Below are positions 1-7,861 of a stretch of DNA of 29,439 bases, piece after piece (within the stretch, counting starts at the first letter, position 1; the number at the start of each line of letters is the position of its first letter). Origin of the DNA: a virus. Lineage: Duplodnaviria; Caudoviricetes. The stretch spans positions 1 through 29,439 of IMG/VR virus record IMGVR_UViG_3300044297_000136. One strand, written 5' to 3'. The notes below the pieces were generated by a model. That model saw only the letters and a program-made list of their open reading frames with translations, was not told the DNA's origin and made no database searches. Both the position numbers and the translations under genes were made by a program.

Positions 1-205
1 CAATACCTTTTAATTCTTCTGCATATGAATTAAATTTATCCATAAATCTTTGTACTACAAATAAAGTAGTTTCTCTTGAATTTTTAGATAAGGCTTTAGA
101 TTTTTCCTCTGTTTGCTCTGTCTCTGGTATGGCATTGTACCAACGCATATAAAGTTCGTCAGAAACTTCTTCTATAATTAATTCTAGATATGTTTGATCG
201 TTCAT
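1..205 (-). CDS. hypothetical protein, partial (runs off the window start)
   Basis: Manual translation from ATG at 205 gives MNDQTYLELIIEEVSDELYMRWYNAIPE...AEELKGI, open to the window edge. It starts 3 nt after the upstream stop. Confidence 0.7.
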   Translation of the reverse strand, partial: MNDQTYLELIIEEVSDELYMRWYNAIPETEQTEEKSKALSKNSRETTLFVVQRFMDKFNSYAEELKGI

Positions 206-208
206 TTA

Positions 209-373
209 TTAATCTTGATTTCTTGATTGTCGGTTATACCATTTACCAGAGTCCATAGCCCTAGCATCTTCAAAAGCAAGAATACTTTGTACTGTTTCGT
301 GAAGTATATCTAATTCGATACGCATTTTGACTAACTCTAATTCTAAGAGTCTAAGTCTTTCTGATTTTCTCAT
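209..373 (-). CDS. small hypothetical protein (54 aa, leucine-rich helix)
   Basis: Manual translation: MRKSERLRLLELELVKMRIELDILHETVQSILAFEDARAMDSGKWYNRQSRNQD*. ATGA overlap with the stop of 370..594. Confidence 0.7.
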   Translation of the reverse strand: MRKSERLRLLELELVKMRIELDILHETVQSILAFEDARAMDSGKWYNRQSRNQD

Positions 374-594
374 CTATCTCTTCCGTCATCTATTGGGGTG
401 GGTGCGGTGGCTAATGTACCACAACTAGCGCATTCCATATCTAAAAAGTAACTTGCTATTTCAAAGTTATCAAAAACTACTTTAAGATTCCACACTTCGC
501 AACCACATGGACAAACATGAGTGGGAAATCCCCTGATATCCATAGCGTGTTTATAATCTGGACTCAGCTTGTTGATATCACGTGGTTCATCCAT
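370..594 (-). CDS. small Zn-ribbon-like protein
   Basis: HVCPCGC and CASCG cysteine clusters; a -10 box lies just upstream. Confidence 0.7.
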   Translation of the reverse strand: MDEPRDINKLSPDYKHAMDIRGFPTHVCPCGCEVWNLKVVFDNFEIASYFLDMECASCGTLATAPTPIDDGRDR

Positions 595-602
595 ATAGTA
601 AT

Positions 603-608
603 ATTATA
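603..608 (-). promoter_or_regulatory. -10 box TATAAT, 8 nt before ATG 594 (near-leaderless)
   Basis: Minus strand reads AAGG-TATAAT-ATTACTAT-ATG, with no SD. Confidence 0.55.
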
Positions 609-610
609 CC

Positions 611-1177
611 TTAGACTTCAATTATTGTATAGGGGGGTCTTACTGACATGTTAAACTTTGTAGCGGCTTCTAGGGCCGTTCTAACCCTTTTCTTGGGTAT
701 CCTAAGAGAAGATGAGGTAAACAGGGATCCAAGGGCTAATTCTGCCCCAGCCCCTTCTGACATATATGGAACATCTGCCTCAGCAATATGAAAATCTGAG
801 TCCATGCTAAATATTCTACCAGTACCAGCAACAGATATTATAAATACCCCGCCAAGGTCCCCCTCTTCAGTTCCGCTACCAAAATTACCATATCCATTTT
901 GTTTGAATGCGTCTTTAACCGAATCAACAAATCTAGTTCTCATAAATTTGTCTAGGTTTTTGTTTCCTCTTGTTGGGGTATATTTGGGTGGTGTCCATCC
1001 ATACTGCAGGATTTGACCCATTCTAAAACTATCAATAAAGCCAATTCCATATTGACCTACTTTAAAAACCTTTGGGTCTGTACGCTGGAATATTAATCCG
1101 CTTTTATCATCAGATGCGGCAGCGTCTCCGCCCAAATAAACCTTACCCTCATGGGATAATGCTACTATACAGGTCAT
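611..1177 (-). CDS. Ntn-hydrolase, HslV/proteasome-beta-like peptidase
   Basis: N-terminus M-T-C-I-V-A (Thr1 nucleophile after Met removal), GGD motif, PKVF lysine, G-x-G...ALG helix, 188 aa. Confidence 0.75.
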   Translation of the reverse strand: MTCIVALSHEGKVYLGGDAAASDDKSGLIFQRTDPKVFKVGQYGIGFIDSFRMGQILQYGWTPPKYTPTRGNKNLDKFMRTRFVDSVKDAFKQNGYGNFGSGTEEGDLGGVFIISVAGTGRIFSMDSDFHIAEADVPYMSEGAGAELALGSLFTSSSLRIPKKRVRTALEAATKFNMSVRPPYTIIEV

Positions 1178-1183
1178 AATACT

Positions 1184-1189
1184 ATTGTA
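1184..1189 (-). promoter_or_regulatory. -10 box TACAAT, 6 nt before ATG 1177 (leaderless)
   Basis: Minus strand reads TACAAT-AGTATT-ATG, with no SD. Confidence 0.5.
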
Positions 1190-1195
1190 CTATTT

Positions 1196-1504
1196 CTAAT
1201 CCTCAGGGTCTAGACTTTCTATTTCCAGGGCATCTAAATTAATTATTGCTTTTTCTAAATCAGCTTTTACTGAAATTAATTCCTGAATGGCGGAATAATA
1301 TTTATCTTTCCATTCATATAATTCTTTTTCCAGCTTATATAATTCAATTTTTAAATCTTTTATCTCTAATCTTAATTGATCTTGTTCTTTTTCTTGTCTT
1401 CTTATTTTCTCTTTTTTTGCGTCTTTAAATGAAGAAACAACAGCTGTACCCATTCCGGATAGAACGGCAGCCATTATAGCTACTAAAACGGAATAGATAT
1501 CCAT
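1196..1504 (-). CDS. membrane-anchored coiled-coil protein
   Basis: N-terminal hydrophobic stretch (IYSVLVAIMAAVLSGMGTAVV), then a heptad-rich charged region. TATAAT at 1515-1520. Confidence 0.7.
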   Translation of the reverse strand: MDIYSVLVAIMAAVLSGMGTAVVSSFKDAKKEKIRRQEKEQDQLRLEIKDLKIELYKLEKELYEWKDKYYSAIQELISVKADLEKAIINLDALEIESLDPED

Positions 1505-1534
1505 TATAACTACAATTATACATTATAATCAGTA

Positions 1535-1771
1535 TTAAATTAGTAATTCAGAGGCAGAAATCTCTTGTCCTACATATCGTCTTTTTTGTATGAATTCTTT
1601 CACATGTTCTGCGCCAAATTGTCTACCAGCCAAAATTAATACCCATCGTGGCTCAAATTTGGCATCAATGCATGTTTCACACATCATCAGATTTATGTTA
1701 AGCAGTGATGATTTCTTAGAATTAAGTTTATTCTTATTCTTATTACAGGAATAACACAGTAATCTATCCAT
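1535..1771 (-). CDS. CxxC-CxxC Zn-binding hypothetical protein
   Basis: CYSC and CETC motifs; overlaps the upstream stop. Confidence 0.7.
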   Translation of the reverse strand: MDRLLCYSCNKNKNKLNSKKSSLLNINLMMCETCIDAKFEPRWVLILAGRQFGAEHVKEFIQKRRYVGQEISASELLI

Positions 1772-2096
1772 TTTTTATATTCCTAACTGAGGATGCTACG
1801 CCTTCTAGTTCACATCTTACACCAAAAGATTCTAATTTTGATTTTACTTTTGACACGTAATCAATAACCTTTTCTTTTTCCGTTCCATCAAATTGCATAA
1901 AGTTATCTTCATATAACCTTATTGCTAAAAATTCTGGATATTTAACTATATCCATTAAAAGAAGTAATGGCTTTTTAATCTCTCTGATAGCCTTTTTCAT
2001 TTCTTGGGTATAAAAAACTGGTTTATTGGGTTCGCCAGTCCATAAATTTATTCCATATTTAAAATGGTGATTATCTTTAAAAGCACTATTTAACAT
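1764..2096 (-). CDS. hypothetical protein
   Basis: 110-aa ORF tightly packed between its neighbours. Confidence 0.7.
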   Translation of the reverse strand: MLNSAFKDNHHFKYGINLWTGEPNKPVFYTQEMKKAIREIKKPLLLLMDIVKYPEFLAIRLYEDNFMQFDGTEKEKVIDYVSKVKSKLESFGVRCELEGVASSVRNIKNG

Positions 2097-2385
2097 TTTT
2101 TGCCTTTAATCTTTTCCACACATCTTTAGTTTTATGCGTATTTCTTTGTTTATCTATTTCTCCAGCAGACAAATAAATGCCACCCCAAACTCCATATTCT
2201 TTATTTTTTACTGCCGTCGCATAACATATATCTATAACTGGACAGGATAGGCAAGCCTCATCAACATTTTTTGCTATATTTACATCTAATTCATATTTAT
2301 CAAAAAATAAATTAGTATCCATTCCATGGCATGCGGAGAAGTCTCTCCATTTTAAATCGCTTTTATTTTTTAAAGACTTTGACAT
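2086..2385 (-). CDS. whiB: WhiB-family Fe-S transcription factor
   Basis: W..FSAC, FF, ACLSCPVIDIC (four Cys), GVWGG turn and a basic C-terminus. The start is more likely ATG 2385 (MSKS) than 2412. Confidence 0.9.
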   Translation of the reverse strand: MSKSLKNKSDLKWRDFSACHGMDTNLFFDKYELDVNIAKNVDEACLSCPVIDICYATAVKNKEYGVWGGIYLSAGEIDKQRNTHKTKDVWKRLKAKNVK

Positions 2386-2599
2386 ATTTGATCGGAAGTT
2401 TCCAAACTCCATCTTCGTTAACCGTAAATCGTTCGGTTAATCCCCAGGCACTATTCTTGAACATGCCTTTTTTGCTATAAAAACCAGAATTGTTTTTATT
2501 CCAAATCATTAAGTCATAGTTTTCCCAGAATGTATGGACATGGGAAGACTGAGCCTTTCTAACGAAAAGCTCAGCCCCTTTAAGATTTAGATTTAGCAT
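2363..2599 (-). CDS. hypothetical protein (Trp/aromatic-rich)
   Basis: 78-aa ORF directly downstream of a consensus promoter. Confidence 0.7.
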   Translation of the reverse strand: MLNLNLKGAELFVRKAQSSHVHTFWENYDLMIWNKNNSGFYSKKGMFKNSAWGLTERFTVNEDGVWKLPIKYVKVFKK

Positions 2600-2609
2600 T
2601 GTATATATA

Positions 2610-2639
2610 ATTATACAGTACCGATATCTACCCTGTCAA
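2610..2639 (-). promoter_or_regulatory. consensus primary-sigma promoter for the whiB operon
   Basis: TTGACA (2634-2639), 18-nt spacer, TATAAT (2610-2615), 10 nt before the ATG. Confidence 0.8.
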
Positions 2640-2657
2640 CCCTTTTGTCCAAATTGT

Positions 2658-3578
2658 TTACTTTAATGCATTTTGTAGGTTAATTGCTGGTACATTTAAT
2701 TTAACCATAATGTTTGTAACATTGTTTGAAGTAGACTTAATTAAATTAATTTCATCATCATAAGATAATGATTTTTGATTTTTAATAATAAGCCATTGGG
2801 CTCCAAACACGGCAACAGATAATGATGTTCCATAATCATCAGCCATTGTATTATTTGCCTTAGCCACCTTCATATTTCCGGTGGTTGCAAAATCTACCTC
2901 TGAACTATAATTAGCATATAGGGCAAGTCTACCCTTATCATCAATCGAAGATACTGCGATTGCATCTGGATAACATGCTGGTGACGAAATGTTTTTATAA
3001 TTAAAATTATTTCCAGAAGGCAAGATAACTGGAATGCCAGACTGTTTAATTTTTGTAATTAAATCTGCATGTGCTTTGACTGTATTGCAAATTCCTGGAG
3101 AAGTACCCAATGGAGAAACTACAGCACCAATGTTAAACTTATCTTTATTTTGATATGCCCAGTTTAATGCATTAGTAAATAAATCATTATTACATCCAAT
3201 ATATCCATTTGGAGCAATTAGAGAGGCACAACGAATTTCAATTATTTTAATCGAAGGATCTGTCTGAGTTGCTGCTGATACTACCGATGTTCCATGTATC
3301 CAAGATTTATTAGTTAGAATGTCTGTAGGCAAAGTAGCTGAGCCAGCACCCTCCATTTGATTTTGTCCATTTGGACAGGATTTATAGCCTGCAAAACATA
3401 CCTCATAGACAATATTATTCTTAACTAAATTATGAGTCATATCTATACCAGTATCAATAATAACCATTGTTTTTGTATTACTGGTATCTGCTGATTTTGT
3501 TTGTGCTGCGTATGCTTGTTGTCCAGTCAAAATGACTGATAGCGCAATAAATGCGGTAATAATCTTTTTCATATCCAT
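2658..3578 (-). CDS. secreted subtilisin-like (S8) serine protease
   Basis: Signal peptide MKKIITAFIALSVILTGQQAYA. Catalytic motifs IIDTGID (Asp), HGTSV (His), SGN (oxyanion Asn) and GTS (Ser). Confidence 0.88.
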   Translation of the reverse strand: MDMKKIITAFIALSVILTGQQAYAAQTKSADTSNTKTMVIIDTGIDMTHNLVKNNIVYEVCFAGYKSCPNGQNQMEGAGSATLPTDILTNKSWIHGTSVVSAATQTDPSIKIIEIRCASLIAPNGYIGCNNDLFTNALNWAYQNKDKFNIGAVVSPLGTSPGICNTVKAHADLITKIKQSGIPVILPSGNNFNYKNISSPACYPDAIAVSSIDDKGRLALYANYSSEVDFATTGNMKVAKANNTMADDYGTSLSVAVFGAQWLIIKNQKSLSYDDEINLIKSTSNNVTNIMVKLNVPAINLQNALK

Positions 3579-3603
3579 CCTTTGTTAGTTTTTACTTAAC
3601 TAA

Positions 3604-3632
3604 AGGATACCAAAAAGTATTGGATTATGCAA
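3604..3632 (-). promoter_or_regulatory. promoter for the S8 protease
   Basis: TTGCAT, 17-nt spacer, TGG-TATCCT (extended -10). Confidence 0.55.
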
Positions 3633-3638
3633 TAGTAT

Positions 3639-4583
3639 TTATTTCCAGTTTTCAGGAATCATATTGGTCAGGCCAAGAGATTTTGCTCTTCTTTTAATAT
3701 GTTCCTTTACCTTTGGATCTGCCCCGCCACGGCCCCATGAACGAATTGCATTCATAAGATCATTTTTGTTTGCTATTGGAAATGAGCCGTCTGGCATTGC
3801 CTGTCCTGATTGTGCCATTTCTTCTCTTTGCTTGCTGGAGAAATTGCGCTTAATCATTTCATATGGGTCTAAGTTATTAAATAAGTTTTCAGAGCCTGAT
3901 GCCTTATATGTTCCGCCACGACGCTTATATTCTTGTACCACCCATCCATTCGCATACGCTGAAGGGTATGTGTCAAATTTTCTTTTAGCCTCGGCAATTA
4001 TTCTATTGTATAAATTTTTATCCTTTGGCTCGCCTTTTCTTGGCTTAATTACTTGATCGTATTTATCTTTTGCTTTATCAACTTCTGGGGTTTCATAATC
4101 ATATGTTCCCATTTCGTTTTCTACTTCAAGATTTGTTTGACCGTCTACCTTTGTAATTTCTTGGTCGTCCTCTACGATAATTTCTTCGGTTACTGGATTC
4201 ATGACATCTGAAAGTATTGATTTAATTTCTTCTACAATACCATCAAGCATTTCTGATTTCTTCATATTTTTTTCTCTATTAACAATTTTTCTAGACCAAG
4301 AAAACCCTGCATCTCCGCCCCAAGCTAACCACATAATATAACCATTTGATGGGTCGGATTGATTGCCCCAATTCTTTCCCTTTTTATCTACTTCATGTCT
4401 TGAGAAAAAAGAAAACATTCTTTTAACTGTATCTAGAGATAATGATTCACCACTAACTAATTGATGTGCACGAGTCCAGCCAACAGCTGTGCCAGCTCCC
4501 TTAGCCTTACCATCTTCTTTAAACTTAATTGCTCTTCTTGCTGCTGCCTGCATTCCTGCGGTAGGCTTGTATCCTTCTGCCAT
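3639..4583 (-). CDS. three-module phage protein, possibly head-associated
   Basis: Basic modules (MFSFFSRH...WLAWGGDAG..W; YPSAYANGWVVQEYKRRGG; MPDGSFPI...HIKRRAKSLG) separated by acidic linkers. ATG 4583 overlaps the upstream TGA. Confidence 0.75.
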   Translation of the reverse strand: MAEGYKPTAGMQAAARRAIKFKEDGKAKGAGTAVGWTRAHQLVSGESLSLDTVKRMFSFFSRHEVDKKGKNWGNQSDPSNGYIMWLAWGGDAGFSWSRKIVNREKNMKKSEMLDGIVEEIKSILSDVMNPVTEEIIVEDDQEITKVDGQTNLEVENEMGTYDYETPEVDKAKDKYDQVIKPRKGEPKDKNLYNRIIAEAKRKFDTYPSAYANGWVVQEYKRRGGTYKASGSENLFNNLDPYEMIKRNFSSKQREEMAQSGQAMPDGSFPIANKNDLMNAIRSWGRGGADPKVKEHIKRRAKSLGLTNMIPENWK

Positions 4584-4726
4584 CACTTCTCCAAAATACT
4601 AATAATTTTTACTGACTTAATTTCATCATCGGTACCAAAAATATCATGAACATAATCATCTGCATCCTCACGGCTAAAGGCATCAATCTCTGCCTCTACC
4701 TCTAATTTGACCCGATATGTATTCAT
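4583..4726 (-). CDS. small hypothetical protein (47 aa)
   Basis: Manual translation: MNTYRVKLEVEAEIDAFSREDADDYVHDIFGTDDEIKSVKIISILEK*. TGATG coupling to the next gene. Confidence 0.7.
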   Translation of the reverse strand: MNTYRVKLEVEAEIDAFSREDADDYVHDIFGTDDEIKSVKIISILEK

Positions 4727-4732
4727 GATACT

Positions 4733-4741
4733 AGTATATCA
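4733..4741 (-). promoter_or_regulatory. extended -10 (TGA-TATACT), 6 nt before ATG 4726 (leaderless)
   Basis: Minus strand reads TGATATACT-AGTATC-ATG. Confidence 0.6.
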
Positions 4742-4761
4742 TTTTTTTTATTTTTTAAACA

Positions 4762-4795
4762 ATAAAACTATAGGGCCCCGAAGAGCCCTATAGCC
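4762..4795 (-). terminator. intrinsic terminator
   Basis: Stem CTATAGGGCTC-TTCG-GGGCCCTATAG with a C(UUCG)G tetraloop, followed by TTTTATTGTTT. Confidence 0.85.
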
Positions 4796-4806
4796 TTTAA
4801 ATTGCC

Positions 4807-5175
4807 TTATTTTTTCTTAGATTTTGATGTTCCAAACACTTCGGCTTCAAGATCTTCTATTTCTTTTTTTGCAGAAATAACTATATCTTGACCAGATTGC
4901 TTAGCTTCTACTTGAAGATCGGCCTCTGTTCTTGCCTTTGTGTCAACGGATGCAAATGCTGCATTAATTTCTTCCATATCTAGTTTGCCGTCGTTCATAA
5001 ATCCACGAGCAAGCTTTTCTACAACAGCAGCGACTGCGGTCAATCCAGCTACAGTAACAGCCTTAACAGTAGAGATACCAGCAATTGCACCCGCACCAAT
5101 TACTGACAAACCACTAGCAGCAAATACAGCAACAATTCTCATAAGAATATTCCATGTATTTTTTACCTTTTCCAT
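4807..5175 (-). CDS. membrane protein, holin-like
   Basis: Two Ala/Val/Gly-rich hydrophobic helices, DGKLDMEEIN motif and a basic C-terminus. SD AAGGAG favours ATG 5175. Confidence 0.7.
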   Translation of the reverse strand: MEKVKNTWNILMRIVAVFAASGLSVIGAGAIAGISTVKAVTVAGLTAVAAVVEKLARGFMNDGKLDMEEINAAFASVDTKARTEADLQVEAKQSGQDIVISAKKEIEDLEAEVFGTSKSKKK

Positions 5176-5189
5176 ATTCACTCCTTACG

Positions 5190-5381
5190 TTAATCTTTTG
5201 GATTTCTAAGTCTAAGAGTTATGACCCAAAGAAGAAAAGAAATCAAAGTTACATTTCCGATAACAGTTTTTGCTGAGCCAGTAAGTACAAGCCATGCTGA
5301 AAACAATCCAACGAATGTCCAAATTTCTCCAAAAAAATCTGCGGAAATATCATGAAAGAATTCTTTAATTTTTTTAATCAT
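5190..5381 (-). CDS. small two-TM membrane protein
   Basis: Helices IWTFVGLFSAWLVL and VTLISFLLWVITL; ATGA overlap with the 801-aa gene. Confidence 0.75.
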   Translation of the reverse strand: MIKKIKEFFHDISADFFGEIWTFVGLFSAWLVLTGSAKTVIGNVTLISFLLWVITLRLRNPKD

Positions 5382-7783
5382 TCACCAAACCTCCTTCTTA
5401 GACCTGCAATTTGACCAACAATAACTGTTGTGATCAAAACCTTTTTAGCTTTCTTTCTTGTTATAGGAGACATGTCGTTTCCTATGTTTGCCAATGCTGC
5501 ATATGCTTGTCCAATTGCTTGAACTGCCTGTCCAGCTCCTGGAATAATATCTAAAGCTGCTGGTAAGTATGTGCATTGTTCTACTGGATGCTCATTACCA
5601 TCAATATCAATATGTACTGTTTTTCCATCTTCTTTTGTTATGTCCTTACAAACATATGACGGCAAAACTGGAACAGCAATATCTGGGGCGTTAAATGTTG
5701 TGCCTCCTGGCTGACCAATAAATGTTTCCGTTGTGGTTATAGCTTCTGGTGGAATGGGAAGTCCAGATCCAGGTGGTGGTGGCGGTGGCGTTAATTTTCC
5801 ATCCTCTCCAATGACTTGTGGTTGAGACTTAGTACCAAAAAATTCTATACCGCCATTTGCAACTCCTGGAATATCAACTTGGACATGTGCAACTAATTTT
5901 TCTACTGGTGGCAATTTGGGCTCAGTTTCTGGTAAATCATTTGGGTCCGATGAGGGTTGCAAATCTTCTGTATTATTAGTATCATTAATAGATGGATCGT
6001 CGTTTAGAACAGGCTCTTCAGTTGGCTGATCTACAGTATCAGAAGTTTGAGAGTCCTGAGAGTCTGTTGGAATTTGTGCATCAGGTTCAACAGGAGTGGG
6101 TTCTTCTGTTGGAGCATCAGTTGAATCTGAGGCCTGGTTCGGGTCGTTATTATCTTGATCTACTTGAGGGTCTATTGGGTCTTGAGGAGTGTCAACAACT
6201 GGAATGGGATCAGGTTCTGGAGTGGGTTCGGGAGTTTCTTCGACAGGAGATGGAATAGGTGCTGGAGGAACTGGATCAACTACTGGCTGAGTTGGAACTG
6301 GCCTTGGATTTACTTCAATGGGAGGTTGTGGCGTTGGTGGAACGGGCGGAGATGGATCCGAAGGTGGGGTTGTTGGAACAATCGGCTGCGGATCAACTGG
6401 TGTCGTCGCCGTTACAGTCTCTTGAACTGTTTGAGAATCAATTGGGGTTTGAAGAGTAGATGTATCAACAACCGTTGTGGGTGTTTCAGATACTGTCACA
6501 GTCTCAGTCACCGTCTGAGTCTCAGTTACAGTGCTCGTATCGGGAGTCTGGTTTTGGTTGGTTGGCGGTGTGGGATCGGGTATAAAGGCTTCTACAGAAC
6601 TTGAGTTATCTGAATAAACCATTAAGGTATTGTTGTCTGCTCTAATTCTAAATTGTATGTTTTTATTCCATCCAGAACTGTCTCTAAAAATATTAAATGG
6701 TATGTCTACATTTGTTTGATCGTGTGTCCACCCCCATCCATCTGCCGTAAAGTTGCTTGTTGACCACGAGATGGCGTATGTTAATACAGAAGCATTACTT
6801 GTTTCTGGGACGCTCCAAGTCAAATGCACACTAGCGGTAGATGTGTCTACATTTACTTGTAGATTGGTTGGTGGGTTTAAATATGGTATTGCAGCCAATG
6901 TAGTCCTAGCTGTTTGCAAACTACTATTTATTTGTGATATTAAATCATAGTCATCATTTACTTTTGCTACTGATGCATTATATGTGGACAATGCAGAATT
7001 ATATGCGGATTGTTTTTGTTGAACTATTGCATAAAGTGATTGATCATATGTTGTTGTTACCGTGGTGGTTCCATACCATGATGAAGGGACTTGAGACCAA
7101 TTTGTGCTACTTTGATAATAAAGAGTAGAGCATGCCCCGCCACCCCACTCATAAAACCAAGCATCAAATGGATATGAAACCCCAGCCTCTAATGTTATTG
7201 CCGTACCCCAGTTGCCATTACATCCCTTGTCATACCATTCATTAATGACAACCTGATTATTTAAGGTCATGTAAAAGCCATCGTCGGCTATATTTTTAAA
7301 TCGATAGGTATCCGTGGTTGGTACGGTAATATTCCCGTAATAATGAATTAATACATAATCGCCGTTACATCCAGCAACTGACCCATTTCCCCAGTTATTT
7401 GCAATTACTGTATAAGTGTCTTGTCTACAAAATACTCCATCTGGACGAGAACGATGATAAGCTTGATTATAGACATCAACATGAATTGCGGCACCAGTTG
7501 TAACCGTTTCGGTAACTGCGCTGGCTTGATATGCTGCAGTGGCATTATCTAATTCTATTTTAGCCGATATAACAGTATTGCTATCTGAAATTACTGTTTG
7601 AGTATCTATATTTAATTGGCTTTGTGCGGATGCCAGTTGTGATTCTAAACTCTGTACTGCTGCCCTAGCGGATGCAAGATCATCTTGAACGGATGCCTTT
7701 GAGGATGCGGGAAAAAGAGCCCATCCCATTAATGAAGCAAAGATAAATAGGTTAGATAAAAAATACTTTTTCTTTCCGGTCAA
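5378..7783 (-). CDS. exported PA14-domain + FN3-like + Pro/Thr-rich protein
   Basis: TTG start after GGAGG. Signal-like N-terminus, coiled coil, PA14 motifs (IADDGF, VINEW, YEWGGGA), FN3-like segment (PPTNLQV...LTWSVP...FRIRA), long P/T/D/E linker. Confidence 0.8.
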   Translation of the reverse strand: MTGKKKYFLSNLFIFASLMGWALFPASSKASVQDDLASARAAVQSLESQLASAQSQLNIDTQTVISDSNTVISAKIELDNATAAYQASAVTETVTTGAAIHVDVYNQAYHRSRPDGVFCRQDTYTVIANNWGNGSVAGCNGDYVLIHYYGNITVPTTDTYRFKNIADDGFYMTLNNQVVINEWYDKGCNGNWGTAITLEAGVSYPFDAWFYEWGGGACSTLYYQSSTNWSQVPSSWYGTTTVTTTYDQSLYAIVQQKQSAYNSALSTYNASVAKVNDDYDLISQINSSLQTARTTLAAIPYLNPPTNLQVNVDTSTASVHLTWSVPETSNASVLTYAISWSTSNFTADGWGWTHDQTNVDIPFNIFRDSSGWNKNIQFRIRADNNTLMVYSDNSSSVEAFIPDPTPPTNQNQTPDTSTVTETQTVTETVTVSETPTTVVDTSTLQTPIDSQTVQETVTATTPVDPQPIVPTTPPSDPSPPVPPTPQPPIEVNPRPVPTQPVVDPVPPAPIPSPVEETPEPTPEPDPIPVVDTPQDPIDPQVDQDNNDPNQASDSTDAPTEEPTPVEPDAQIPTDSQDSQTSDTVDQPTEEPVLNDDPSINDTNNTEDLQPSSDPNDLPETEPKLPPVEKLVAHVQVDIPGVANGGIEFFGTKSQPQVIGEDGKLTPPPPPPGSGLPIPPEAITTTETFIGQPGGTTFNAPDIAVPVLPSYVCKDITKEDGKTVHIDIDGNEHPVEQCTYLPAALDIIPGAGQAVQAIGQAYAALANIGNDMSPITRKKAKKVLITTVIVGQIAGLRRRFGE

Positions 7784-7796
7784 CTAAAGACCCTCC

Positions 7797-7832
7797 GCTA
7801 CTATGAATTTACACAGTAGCAAAATTATATCA
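7797..7832 (-). promoter_or_regulatory. extended -10 promoter with a 5' leader hairpin
   Basis: TGA-TATAAT (-10 at 7824-7829), then hairpin GCTACTGTG-TAAATT-CATAGTAGC immediately before GGAGG. Confidence 0.6.
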
Positions 7833-7861
7833 CGATTTGTTGATTAAATTAAACTAGTTTA

